64,000 nt of DNA, taken from NCBI GenBank assembly GCA_963751345.1, contig CAVVUS010000038.1, positions 68,582 through 132,581 on the forward strand. The letters are read 5' to 3'. Below the pieces are notes generated by a model. The model did no database searches, had not been told where the DNA came from, and was given only the letters and a program-made list of their open reading frames with translations. This document shows positions 53,304-62,866 of this stretch, piece after piece. This DNA is from an uncultured Chloroflexia bacterium (lineage in GTDB: Bacteria > Chloroflexota > Anaerolineae > B4-G1 > SLSP01). Made by a program: the position numbers and the translations under genes. The stretch's first letter is position 1, and the number at the start of each line of letters is the position of its first letter.

Positions 53304-53618
53304 ATGGCCGGTGTGCCCCTGTCCTGGTATCTGATTCTGGGTGCGGCGCTCTTCTGCGTGGGCGTCTATGGCATATTGGCCAATCGCAATCTGATCGTCA
53401 TCATGATGTCGATCGAGATGATGTTGAACGCTGTCGTGCTCAATCTTGTGGCGTTCGCCCGATTCATCGAGCCGGCCCGTATCGTGGGCAAGACCTTTGC
53501 GATCATTGTCTATGCCGCTGCCGCTGCAGAGGCTGCTTTGGGGCTTGCCCTCACGATTGCCATCTGGCGTACCGAAAACACGGTCGCTGTTGAAGAGATC
53601 GATCTGCTGCAGGGCTAG
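53304..53618 (+). CDS. nuoK: Complex I subunit NuoK
   Basis: LF.VG.YG...RN....MSIEMMLNA, AAAEAALGLA. Confidence 0.92.
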   Translation: MAGVPLSWYLILGAALFCVGVYGILANRNLIVIMMSIEMMLNAVVLNLVAFARFIEPARIVGKTFAIIVYAAAAAEAALGLALTIAIWRTENTVAVEEIDLLQG

Positions 53619-53664
53619 CTTCCGGATGATGCTGGCCAGACACTGAGTACTTGGACTGAAACCT

Positions 53665-55950
53665 ATGCCTTCTAGCCTGTCGATTTCCTGGTTGATCCCG
53701 GTGGGCCCCTTCCTGGCCTTTGCAGTGATCTCACTGTGGGCGCATCGATATCGCGTCCTGAGCCAGGTCCTTTCCATCGCGGGGATTCTCGCATCCGTGG
53801 TCTTCTCCCAGTTGGCCTTCTGGAGCACCGTTCGCACGCCGGACGTGTTCCACTCGGTGCTGCTGCAGTGGCTCGAACTCGGGACGGAGCACGTGGGGTT
53901 GGGCGTGTATCTGGATCCGACGGCCGCAGTATTGGCGGCGATGGTCAGCTTCGTCTGCCTGATGATCTTTCTTTACAGCATCGGCTACATGCGGGGCGAC
54001 GAGAAGATCAGCCGGTTCTTTGCGTATATCTCGCTCTTTGCCGGGGCGATGCTGGGTGCTGCCATATGTGACAATCTCCTGGCACTCTTCCTCTTCTGGG
54101 AGATCATGGGTACCTGTTCCTACCTGCTCATCGGCTTCTGGTGGGAGAGGAAATCGGCGGTGAAGGCTGCGCTCAAGGCCTTCATTGTCACAAAGATCGG
54201 CGATCTCTTCCTGTTGCTCGGGCTGGTCCTCCTCTACGCGCAGGTGGGCAGCCTGGCCTATGCCGATGTCTTCAACGCGACAACTGTGGCGCGCCTGGCG
54301 CAGACCCCGTACATCGGTCAGCTCACGGTCGCGACGGTGGCCGGACTGCTTCTCTTTGGGGGGACGGTCGGCAAGAGTGCGCAGTTGCCCCTGCACGTGT
54401 GGCTTCCCGACGCGATGGAAGGCCCGACTCCAGTCTCGGCACTCATCCATGCGGCAACGATGGTCTCCGCGGGTATCTATTTGCTGGTCCGCGCTTTTCC
54501 GCTACTGGTCGCGTCACAGGCCTTGCCCGCCGTCGCGCTCGTCGGTACGCTGACGGCGGTGTATGCGTCGGTGGTGGCGATTGCCCAGAACGATATCAAG
54601 CGGGTGCTGGCCTTCTCTACCATCAGCCAGTTGGGGTATATGGTGGCCGCCATCGGCATCGGTGCCTATACGGCCAGCTTTTTTCACCTCATTACCCATG
54701 CCTTCTTCAAGTCATTGCTCTTCCTCGCCGCAGGGTCGGTGATCCACGGGATCGAGCACGGTCATCATCACACGCGCGGCCACGCCGCGCCTGTCAAGAC
54801 CCCCGAGCTCGACTTCAGTCCGAACGACATGCGGCGGATGGGAGGGCTAGCTTTCCGGATGCCGGCGACGGCGCTCACCTTCTTGGCCGGGGGCTTGGCG
54901 CTTTCAGGCTTCCCCTTGATCTCGGCGGGCTTTTGGTCGAAGGATGCCATCCTCGCTCAGGCCTGGGGCCAGAGCGGTTATGTCTTCTGGGGCTTGCTTT
55001 TCGCCGCCGGACTGACTGCCTTCTACACGGCGCGGCAAGTGTGCATGACCTTCCTGGGGAAGCCGCGCTCGCGGGCGGCGGTGTACGCGCGTGAGAGCGC
55101 GCTGGTGATGACGGTACCTCTGGGGTTCCTGGCCATCTTCGCGGTAAGCCTTGGTTGGTTGGGCATACCGAGTGAGTTCCCGGTGCTGGGCAAGTTGCTG
55201 CCGGATGTATTTGGCCCCTTTGTCGAGACCTCGCTTGCCCGCATCGGTGCGGAGTTCGCCGGGTCCGCTCCCGGCGAGCCGTTGGCGTGGCAGCCGATGA
55301 TCCTGGCTGTAAGCTTCGCGCTTGGGGGGCTCTTCTTGGGGTGGTGGGTCTACGGACGGCGGGCCGGGGCCGCCAATGCTTCCGAGGAGGAGTACGTCGA
55401 CCCCCTGCAGCGCGTCATGGAGAGGGTGCGACTGGGATGGTTCTACCGCGCAATGGAGCGCCGTTTCTATATCGACGGTCTCTACGAGAAGGTCTTCTCA
55501 GCGCCTGCTATCTGGCTGGCAGATACCTTACACCTTGTTGACCGAGACGCGATCGATGCACCGATCGTGGCGTTCGGCCAAGGGTTCGGCAAAACCGGGC
55601 GCGTCGCACCCACCGCCGGTCGCCAGGAACGCGGGCTCTTTGATCAGTTCGCCGACGCCATCAGCCTCTTCAGTCGACTGCTATCAAGTATGGCGGTGAC
55701 CCTGGATGAGCGGCTGATTGACGGTCTTGTCAACGCCGTCGGACGCCTCGGTCGCGGCTTCTCGAACCTCTTTGGGCTGCTCGATAGTGACTTTATTGAC
55801 GGTGCCGTACGGGCGATTTCCGATGCAACCGGTGCGCTGGGGCGATGGATGCGCCGGATGCAGAGCGGCCTGCTGCCGGACTACTTGTGGAATGCTTTTA
55901 TGATTATCCTGTTGCTGGTCGCAGCCCTGGTGCTGTTCCAGCGTATCTGA
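53665..55950 (+). CDS. nuoL: Complex I subunit NuoL with elongated lateral helix
   Basis: WEIMG..SYLLIGFW, GKSAQLPLHVWLPDAMEGPTPVSALIHAATMV, STISQLG, HLITHAFFK, GFWSKD; 761 aa. Confidence 0.95.
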   Translation: MPSSLSISWLIPVGPFLAFAVISLWAHRYRVLSQVLSIAGILASVVFSQLAFWSTVRTPDVFHSVLLQWLELGTEHVGLGVYLDPTAAVLAAMVSFVCLMIFLYSIGYMRGDEKISRFFAYISLFAGAMLGAAICDNLLALFLFWEIMGTCSYLLIGFWWERKSAVKAALKAFIVTKIGDLFLLLGLVLLYAQVGSLAYADVFNATTVARLAQTPYIGQLTVATVAGLLLFGGTVGKSAQLPLHVWLPDAMEGPTPVSALIHAATMVSAGIYLLVRAFPLLVASQALPAVALVGTLTAVYASVVAIAQNDIKRVLAFSTISQLGYMVAAIGIGAYTASFFHLITHAFFKSLLFLAAGSVIHGIEHGHHHTRGHAAPVKTPELDFSPNDMRRMGGLAFRMPATALTFLAGGLALSGFPLISAGFWSKDAILAQAWGQSGYVFWGLLFAAGLTAFYTARQVCMTFLGKPRSRAAVYARESALVMTVPLGFLAIFAVSLGWLGIPSEFPVLGKLLPDVFGPFVETSLARIGAEFAGSAPGEPLAWQPMILAVSFALGGLFLGWWVYGRRAGAANASEEEYVDPLQRVMERVRLGWFYRAMERRFYIDGLYEKVFSAPAIWLADTLHLVDRDAIDAPIVAFGQGFGKTGRVAPTAGRQERGLFDQFADAISLFSRLLSSMAVTLDERLIDGLVNAVGRLGRGFSNLFGLLDSDFIDGAVRAISDATGALGRWMRRMQSGLLPDYLWNAFMIILLLVAALVLFQRI

Positions 55951-55969
55951 TCTTGGAGGGCAACCTGTG

Positions 55970-57505
55970 ATGACCTTTCCATTGTTGAGCGTGACCCTGT
56001 TCACGCCACTTCTGGGTGCCTTGGTCGTGCTGCTGATGCCCAAGCAGCACAAGAACGTGATCCGCTGGGTCGGCGTCCTGTTTGGTCTGGTCTCACTGGT
56101 GCAAACCGCCTATGTGTGGTGGGCAGTGGGCGTTGCGGGTCCGGGGCAGATGCAGTTTGTGGAGCAGCGTCCGTGGATTCCCGATTTGGATCTTGTGTAC
56201 ACACTGGGCGTCGATGGCCTGAGTGCGCCGATGCTCTTCCTCTCGGGCCTCCTGACGGTACTCGTCCTGATCTACAGCAGTTTCACGATCGAGACGCGGG
56301 TCAAGGAGTATTTCCTGCTCTTCTTGCTGCTCGAGACGGGTCTGTTGGGCGTCTTCCTGTCGCTGGACATGATCCTGTTCTACGTCTTCTGGGAAATCGG
56401 CCTGGTGCCGATGTTCCTTATCGTCGGTGTATGGGGTGGGGCGCGTCGAGAGTACGCGGCCATCAAGTTCTTCATCTACACTCTGGCCGGCAGCGTCTTC
56501 GGTCTGTTGAGCATGCTGGCCGTCTACCACGATACCGGCACATTCAACATCCTGGACGCGGCGGCGGCCCGGCCCTTTGCCGACAATCCGACTTGGGCCA
56601 CCATCGTCTTCTGGGGCCTGTTTCTGGCTTTCGCGATCAAGATACCCGTCTTCCCGTTCCACACCTGGCTGCCGGATGCCCACACCGAGGCGCCCACGGG
56701 AGGCAGCGTCATGCTGGCCGGCGTCCTGCTGAAGCTCGGCGGGTACGGGATGATGCGAATTGCCCTCCCGCTCTTCCCTGAGCGTTTCAGCTTCTTCTCT
56801 TTGCACGTCCCGATCATCACCGTGATGGCGCTGATGAGCATCGTCTACGGCGCGCTCGTCTGTATGGCGCAGTGGGATTTCAAGCGGCTGGTGGCTTACT
56901 CATCCGTAGCGCACATGGGATACGTTACGCTGGGTCTGGCCGCTGCTGCTGCCGCCTATGGCCTGGGCAGCGGGGACAGCTTGCTCAATTCGGCGGCTGC
57001 AGGAATTGACGGCGCAGCCATGCAGCAGTTCTCGCACGGCATTGTCACAGGCGCGATGTTCTTCCTCGTGGGCATGATCTATGAACGCGCCCACACACGC
57101 GATCTGAAGGCGTTTGGCGGGCTGGCGACGATCATGCCGGTCTACTACGGCCTGATGCTGGTCACAGCTTTCGCCTCCCTTGGCTTGCCCGGGCTGATCG
57201 GCTTCTGGAGCGAACTCTTCGTCTTCCGGGGCGCGATCAAACTAATACCCGTCGCTGCCTTCATCGGCGTGATCGGGATGGTCTTTACCGCCGGCTATAC
57301 GCTGTGGAAGATCATCCAGTACCTTTTCCTGGGCACGCTCGATCGAGAGAAGTGGTCCATGCTCAAGGATCTGAATTGGTGGGAGAAGCTTACGCTCTCG
57401 TCGCTCGTACTCTTAATGGTGGTGCTTGGCGTCTACCCATCGCCGCTAATCAACACCTTTAACGCTGCTGCCGTCACGCTTCTGCGCAGCTTTGTCGTGC
57501 GCTGA
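55970..57505 (+). CDS. nuoM: Complex I subunit NuoM
   Basis: LGVDGLS, FWE..LVPM, AIKIP.FPFHTWLPDAHTEAP, LLKLGGYG, AYSSVAHMG, GLPG..GFWSE. Confidence 0.95.
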   Translation: MTFPLLSVTLFTPLLGALVVLLMPKQHKNVIRWVGVLFGLVSLVQTAYVWWAVGVAGPGQMQFVEQRPWIPDLDLVYTLGVDGLSAPMLFLSGLLTVLVLIYSSFTIETRVKEYFLLFLLLETGLLGVFLSLDMILFYVFWEIGLVPMFLIVGVWGGARREYAAIKFFIYTLAGSVFGLLSMLAVYHDTGTFNILDAAAARPFADNPTWATIVFWGLFLAFAIKIPVFPFHTWLPDAHTEAPTGGSVMLAGVLLKLGGYGMMRIALPLFPERFSFFSLHVPIITVMALMSIVYGALVCMAQWDFKRLVAYSSVAHMGYVTLGLAAAAAAYGLGSGDSLLNSAAAGIDGAAMQQFSHGIVTGAMFFLVGMIYERAHTRDLKAFGGLATIMPVYYGLMLVTAFASLGLPGLIGFWSELFVFRGAIKLIPVAAFIGVIGMVFTAGYTLWKIIQYLFLGTLDREKWSMLKDLNWWEKLTLSSLVLLMVVLGVYPSPLINTFNAAAVTLLRSFVVR

Positions 57506-57519
57506 TCGTGGCATAGGAG

Positions 57520-59007
57520 TTGGCACCTGTGGCTTCGTTCTGGTATCTGCTTCCGGCATTATGTCTTCTCACCGGCGCGGTCGTGATCATGCTGGTGGAC
57601 CTGATTTTGCTGCGTCCGGCACGCATGGTCAAGTCGGTGTGGTGGCTTGCATTGATCACCACGCTGGTCAGCCTCGGCGCCTCCTCGCTTCTGGGGAAGA
57701 ACGACGTCGCTCGCGTGCTTGCGGTGCTCACGTATGATGCCTTCACGGTCTTTGTCTGGCGCCTGCTCTTGGTCGCCTTGGCCCTGATCGTTCTCTTGAG
57801 TGAGTCCTATATCCGCAATCAGGATGATGTGGAACCGGGCCTCTTCTATGCGTGCCTGATGCTTTTTGGGTTCGGGGCTCTACTATTGGCGGCGAGCGAT
57901 AACACGATCATGCTCTCTATTGGCCGTCGACTTCCTGAGTATCGTTGGATACGTGTTGACCGGTTTCCTGCATCACGACAAGCGGTCGACCGAGGGCGCG
58001 ATCAAGTACCTGATCTACGGGGCAGCAGTCTCGGCGGTCATGGCGTTTGGCCTCTCGTGGCTATACGGGCTGTCGGGGACGGCCGACTATGCCTTGACGG
58101 CCAAGGCACTCGCGGGCCAGTGGTCGTGGGCTTCGGACGCGGTGGTGCCGGCCGTGGCGCTTATCCCGGTGCTCATTTTCGTCTTGGCCGGCTTCGCTTT
58201 TAAGATCGGGGCGGCCCCATTTCACCAGTGGTTACCTGATGCGTTCGAGGGGGCTCCGACACCGGTCACTGTGTCCCTGGCGATCATTCCGAAGGTGTCG
58301 GGTTTCGCCGCGCTCGTGCGGCTGACGATGATCATGCTTCCCCCCGATCTACAGGTCGGTCTCTGGTGGCGATGGCCGATGCTCGCGCTCCTGGCTGTTG
58401 CGGCGATGACAATCGGCAACCTGATCGGCCTCTGGCAGTCGAACATCAAGCGGCTTATGGGATATTCGGGAATTGCTCAGGTCGGCTATGCGCTTATCGG
58501 CGTGGCCATTGCGACTGAACGCAGTCTGACTGCCCTGCTCCTCTTCCTGACCGTCTATGCACTGGCCGAGCTGGCAGCGTTCGCCGCGATCACCGTGATG
58601 TCGGAGCGCATCAAGCTCGACACGATTGCCGACTATCGGGGGCTCTATCGTCGTGCCCCGGCGCTTACGATCGTGCTTCTCATTAGCGTGATGTCGCTGT
58701 TTGGCATGCCCGGCACCGGCGGGTTCATGGGGAAGCTCTGGCTCTTCATCTCGGCCTTGGAGGCGCGGCGGATCTGGCTGCTTGTCCTGGCCGCGCTCAA
58801 TAGTGTGGTCTCTGTTGCCTACTACTGGCGGATCATCCAGTCTACGTTCATGCACTCCGACGAGGGATTGCGCCTGTTGCTGTCCCGGCGGCTTCGTGGG
58901 TCGTCCTCGTCGTGGCGACACTGGGTGTTCTCGGACTGGGCCTCTTCCCGAACATCGTGCTGCATTGGGCACAGGCTGCAGTAAGCGGTTTCTTCCTCTC
59001 AGGGTAG
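57520..59007 (+). CDS. nuoN: Complex I subunit NuoN, frameshifts near 57920 and 58875
   Basis: EGAIKYL, FKIGAAPFHQWLPD.FEGAP, PK, IKRLMGYS.IAQ.GY, GMP.T.GF.GK, YYWR; last TM ends GFFLSG*. Confidence 0.9.
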
Positions 59008-59035
59008 GTGGATGGGTGAGGGCGCCGTCAAAGGT

Positions 59036-60142
59036 ATGAGGGTCGCCCTGGTCCATGACTGGCTGAACCAGTACGGGGGGGCCGAGCGCGTCCTGGAGCA
59101 TCTGGTGGACACGTTCCCCGGTGCGCCGATCTACACCAGTATGTACTGGCGTGAGGGGATGCCACCACAGTACAGGGGATGGGACATCCGGACGACGTGG
59201 ATGGATCGTCTGCCGGGCATCTACCGATCACACCAAGCCTATCTTCCCCTCTATGCGCTGGCATTCGATCGACTGCGCCTGGGTGGCGGGCAGTACGATC
59301 TCGTGATCAGCAACAAGAGTGGCTTCTGCCACGGCGTCAGCACTGGCGATACGCCGCATCTCTGCTACTGCCTCTCTCCCACCCGCTATGTCTGGCAGTT
59401 CGACCACTACGCTGCACGCGAGCAATTGCCCTCCATCGTTCGTTTGCTCCTGAGACCCGTGGTTGCCGGTCTTCGTCGCTGGGATTACCGCGCCGCACAG
59501 CAGCCGAATCTCCGATTTGTGGCGATTTCGCGCGAGATCCAGCAGCGGATCCAGACTTTCTATGGGCAGCCCTCCACCGTGATCTACCCGCCCGTGGACA
59601 TCAGCCGCTTTTCGCCAGGGGCCGCCCCGGCCGATGCCGATCTGCCTGGCGGCTACTATCTGGTCGTCTCCAGGCTCATTCCCTACAAGCGGATTGATCT
59701 CGCCGTTCGGGCTTTCACAGAACTTGGCCTTCCCCTGGTCGTCGTGGGCGGCGGGCGCGATCGGCAAGCCCTGGAGTCCATCGCGGGCCCCACAGTTCGC
59801 TTCCTGGGACACGTGCCCGACGCTGAACTGCCGGCGCTCTTCGCAGGGTGTAAGGCGTTCGTATTCCCGGGCTACGAGGACTTCGGCATTGCTCCCGTGG
59901 AGGCCCAGGCCGCAGGGCGCCCTGTGATTGCCTATCGGGGAGGGGGCGCGCTGGATACTGTGATTGAGGGGGGGACCGGCGCCTTCTTCTCGGAGCCCAC
60001 CGCAGCGTCGCTCGCCGAAGCGGTCCGTGGTTTTGACGCCGGCGCTGTCGATATCGACGTCATCCGGAAGAACGCGGCCCGGTTCTCCGTCGAACGATTC
60101 CGCGAGGAGTTCGCCGTCGAGGTGGCGCACCTGTTGCGTTAG
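59036..60142 (+). CDS. Glycosyltransferase family 4
   Basis: MRVALVHDWL...GGAERVL, SRL.PYKR.D, EDFGIAPVEAQAAGRPV. Confidence 0.92.
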   Translation: MRVALVHDWLNQYGGAERVLEHLVDTFPGAPIYTSMYWREGMPPQYRGWDIRTTWMDRLPGIYRSHQAYLPLYALAFDRLRLGGGQYDLVISNKSGFCHGVSTGDTPHLCYCLSPTRYVWQFDHYAAREQLPSIVRLLLRPVVAGLRRWDYRAAQQPNLRFVAISREIQQRIQTFYGQPSTVIYPPVDISRFSPGAAPADADLPGGYYLVVSRLIPYKRIDLAVRAFTELGLPLVVVGGGRDRQALESIAGPTVRFLGHVPDAELPALFAGCKAFVFPGYEDFGIAPVEAQAAGRPVIAYRGGGALDTVIEGGTGAFFSEPTAASLAEAVRGFDAGAVDIDVIRKNAARFSVERFREEFAVEVAHLLR

Positions 60143-60197
60143 CCTTGAGGGATTCTGAAGCTTTCGCGAGGCTAACGCAACGGGCGTGGCCCAGCCG

Positions 60198-62090
60198 CTA
60201 CGGCATGCTTTGCACTTCCCACTCGGGGCGGTGGGTCCACCAAGGTAGTACGCCGTACGAGGCCAGGATCTCGTCTTCACTGTAGAGTTCGGTCATGCAG
60301 TCGTACCAGCTCATCCCCTCGGTCTTCTGAAAGTGCCACCATTCGATGTCGTAATAGGAACTGCGCCAGTTGGACAGCGCATTCCGTCGTTCCCACCCGA
60401 AATCGAGGGCGATGGTGGTGAAATCGACGTAATAGCCCGCGGGGATCGTCGACTTGATCTCGCCGCCTTGTGCCGTAGCAAGCCCGCCCTTTGCCCGTGC
60501 GTTGAGATCCCATGGTGCCACGCGCAGGGGTTCGCCGAGGCTCCCGTCCTGGTCGCGAGCCTTGATGTAGATCCGCCAGTAGGTCACCCCACCGACGTCC
60601 TCTCTGACGAGCTCGATATCGCCCTTCCGTAGGAAGCCCTGATCGATGTCGACTGCGCGACCGCAGACGTGCCACGAGATGCGCCCCTGCCCGGGCCGCG
60701 GCGTGTGGTTCATGGGCCGCCAGGAATCGCCAAGAATGGCGAGGTAGTCCCAACCGGATTCCTCCTCGACCCGGCCTCGCAGTGCGTTATAGCTGTCGTT
60801 GACCCGATCGCTGAGCTTCTCCGCCTGGTCACTGTTGTTGACGTTGGGCAGGTTGACCAACTGGTAGGTATCGGAGACGTCCGACAATAGCAGCTCTGTG
60901 TAAAGCGGTGATTCTTCCATAGCCCCGGCCTGGCGCTCCAGCTCTGCCTCGAATTCGGGGCTCAAGGCATCCGCCCGCCACTGAGGTCGCCCGATCGTGT
61001 CGGATGAGCTGTATCCTTCCTGTGCCAGCCCCCAGCCACGTGTGTCGGCGGCTACGAGATAGGATGTCGCCTCCTGCCTGGAAACGAAAGCCAGCGCCTG
61101 CCCATCGGGCGACCATGCCGGCTTGCCGCCCACGCCGAAAAGTACCGGCCTGAGCTCGCCACGCGCCGCGGCCTCGGCATCAAACGGGATTCGCCACAGC
61201 GTTTCGCCGCCCGCAACACCTGCGGAGAAAGCCAGGTACTCGCCTCCGGGCGACCATGCCGGGTAATCCTCGTTCTGGTCCGGGGTGTTGGTGAGATCGA
61301 TGACGCTGCCATCGTCCAGCGACAGGACGTAGAGATCCTTGTTACCATTCCGGTATGACGTGAACGCGATGTGGCGCCCGTCGGGTGACCATGCCGGGGA
61401 GTAATCCGGAGCCGAATCGTAGGTCACCTGCTGCGTTTCACCCGTGTCGATATTCAGGACCTGGATGTTGAGGTTGCCATCGTTGTAGCTTTCATAGGCA
61501 AGCCAGCGGCCATCCGGAGACCAGGTAGGCCCCGCCTCGAATGCCGGCGACCGTGTGATGCGGAGGATGGTCCCCGATGACATCTCCATCGTGTAAAGAT
61601 CCCAGTTTCCGGACCTATGTGAGGCGAACGCCAGATAGCGTCCGTCGGGCGACCATGCTGGATCGCGGTCGTCATCGGGGGCATAGGTGAGCCGTAGCAG
61701 GCGTCCGGTGTTTTGAGAGAGCAAGTAGATGTCACCATTGCCGTTGTGCCGCATCGTGAAAGCCAGCGTACCTCCACTCCCGACGGGGGTGGGGGAGGGC
61801 GCCGGCACGGATCTCGTTGCCGCGGGTCCCGGCGTCGCGGTGACGACCACCAGGCGTTCGAACTCGCGGATGCCCGGTCCCTCGCCGGGCTGGGGCCAGA
61901 GAGAGCTTCGCCAGCGCAATGAAAGCGAGGATCCAGATCGCGGGCGGGATCTCGCGCGGCACCCGGGACGACGAGCCACCGGGTCACAGGCCTTCGCCGC
62001 AACAGCAGAAGGCGCAATCTCGCCGCCGACATGAGTCGGCCAGGGTCTGGTGCCCCTCAGAACGGGAGTCAGCCCCCGGTTGGCCATCAT
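60198..62090 (-). CDS. TolB-like PD40 beta-propeller with C-terminal M15/VanY-like domain; N-terminus frameshifted, start uncertain
   Basis: Five P.WSP.G repeats; C-terminal SWHVCGRAVD and EWWHF motifs. Confidence 0.8.
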   Translation of the reverse strand: MMANRGLTPVLRGTRPWPTHVGGEIAPSAVAAKACDPVARRPGCRARSRPRSGSSLSLRWRSSLWPQPGEGPGIREFERLVVVTATPGPAATRSVPAPSPTPVGSGGTLAFTMRHNGNGDIYLLSQNTGRLLRLTYAPDDDRDPAWSPDGRYLAFASHRSGNWDLYTMEMSSGTILRITRSPAFEAGPTWSPDGRWLAYESYNDGNLNIQVLNIDTGETQQVTYDSAPDYSPAWSPDGRHIAFTSYRNGNKDLYVLSLDDGSVIDLTNTPDQNEDYPAWSPGGEYLAFSAGVAGGETLWRIPFDAEAAARGELRPVLFGVGGKPAWSPDGQALAFVSRQEATSYLVAADTRGWGLAQEGYSSSDTIGRPQWRADALSPEFEAELERQAGAMEESPLYTELLLSDVSDTYQLVNLPNVNNSDQAEKLSDRVNDSYNALRGRVEEESGWDYLAILGDSWRPMNHTPRPGQGRISWHVCGRAVDIDQGFLRKGDIELVREDVGGVTYWRIYIKARDQDGSLGEPLRVAPWDLNARAKGGLATAQGGEIKSTIPAGYYVDFTTIALDFGWERRNALSNWRSSYYDIEWWHFQKTEGMSWYDCMTELYSEDEILASYGVLPWWTHRPEWEVQSMP

Positions 62091-62115
62091 CGTCCCAACT
62101 CATCGTCAGGATGGC

Positions 62116-62865
62116 CTAGGTTTCGTCAGGTTCCGACTTCGGGCGCTGCTTGGCTGCAAAGCGCGCCAGGAGGATGCCCAGTTCGTAGAGGAGGATGAAG
62201 GGGCCTGTCACGAGCAGCAGGGTTACCGGATCCGTCGTAGGAGTGACCACAGCCGCGAAAATCGCAGCGACAAACCAGACGATCTTGCGTGCACCGGTGA
62301 GCTGCTTGGGCGTGACCAACCCAAGCCGGGCCACGACGAAGACGACCAGCGGCGTCTGAAAGAGGATGCCCATCCACGTGATCAGGGTCGTCACGAAAGA
62401 CAGGTAGTTCTCAAGTGAATACGTGGGCTTGACGACGTCGCCGAGGAACCCCATGAGGACCGGCAGACTGGTCGGAATGAGGACCTGAAGCGTGAAGACG
62501 CTGCCGAGGGCGAAGAAGACGACAACGGCTGGGATGCCCAGAAGCACCACCGACCGCTCATTGGGATAGAGGCCCGGCGCCACAAAGCCATAGACCTGGT
62601 AGAGGATGAAGGGGAGCGACAGGGCAAAGCCCGCGGCAAGGGCGATCTTGAAGTAGATGATCGGGGCCTCGGTCGGACTGAGCACGATGACGCTGCTGCC
62701 CTGGAGAGGTCTCACCAGCCACGCCACGATGGGATCGGTCACCATCGACGCTACGATGGTAGCCAGAATCCAGGCAATCACGGCCCGGAATAGCCGTTGG
62801 CGCAGCTCCTTGATGTGGTCAAAGAGACCCATCGATCGTTCGGTAGTAGCTTCATTGGTGGCCAT
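62116..62865 (-). CDS. tatC: Twin-arginine translocase TatC
   Basis: HIKELRQRL, PTEA, F.APGLY.NE, FQTP, TPTTDP, LYE. Confidence 0.95.
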   Translation of the reverse strand: MATNEATTERSMGLFDHIKELRQRLFRAVIAWILATIVASMVTDPIVAWLVRPLQGSSVIVLSPTEAPIIYFKIALAAGFALSLPFILYQVYGFVAPGLYPNERSVVLLGIPAVVVFFALGSVFTLQVLIPTSLPVLMGFLGDVVKPTYSLENYLSFVTTLITWMGILFQTPLVVFVVARLGLVTPKQLTGARKIVWFVAAIFAAVVTPTTDPVTLLLVTGPFILLYELGILLARFAAKQRPKSEPDET

Positions 62866-62866
62866 G

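Noticed and set aside
54755-54830. His-rich insertion in NuoL (EHGHHHTRGH)
   Set aside because: Variable His-rich loops at this position are common in NuoL homologs
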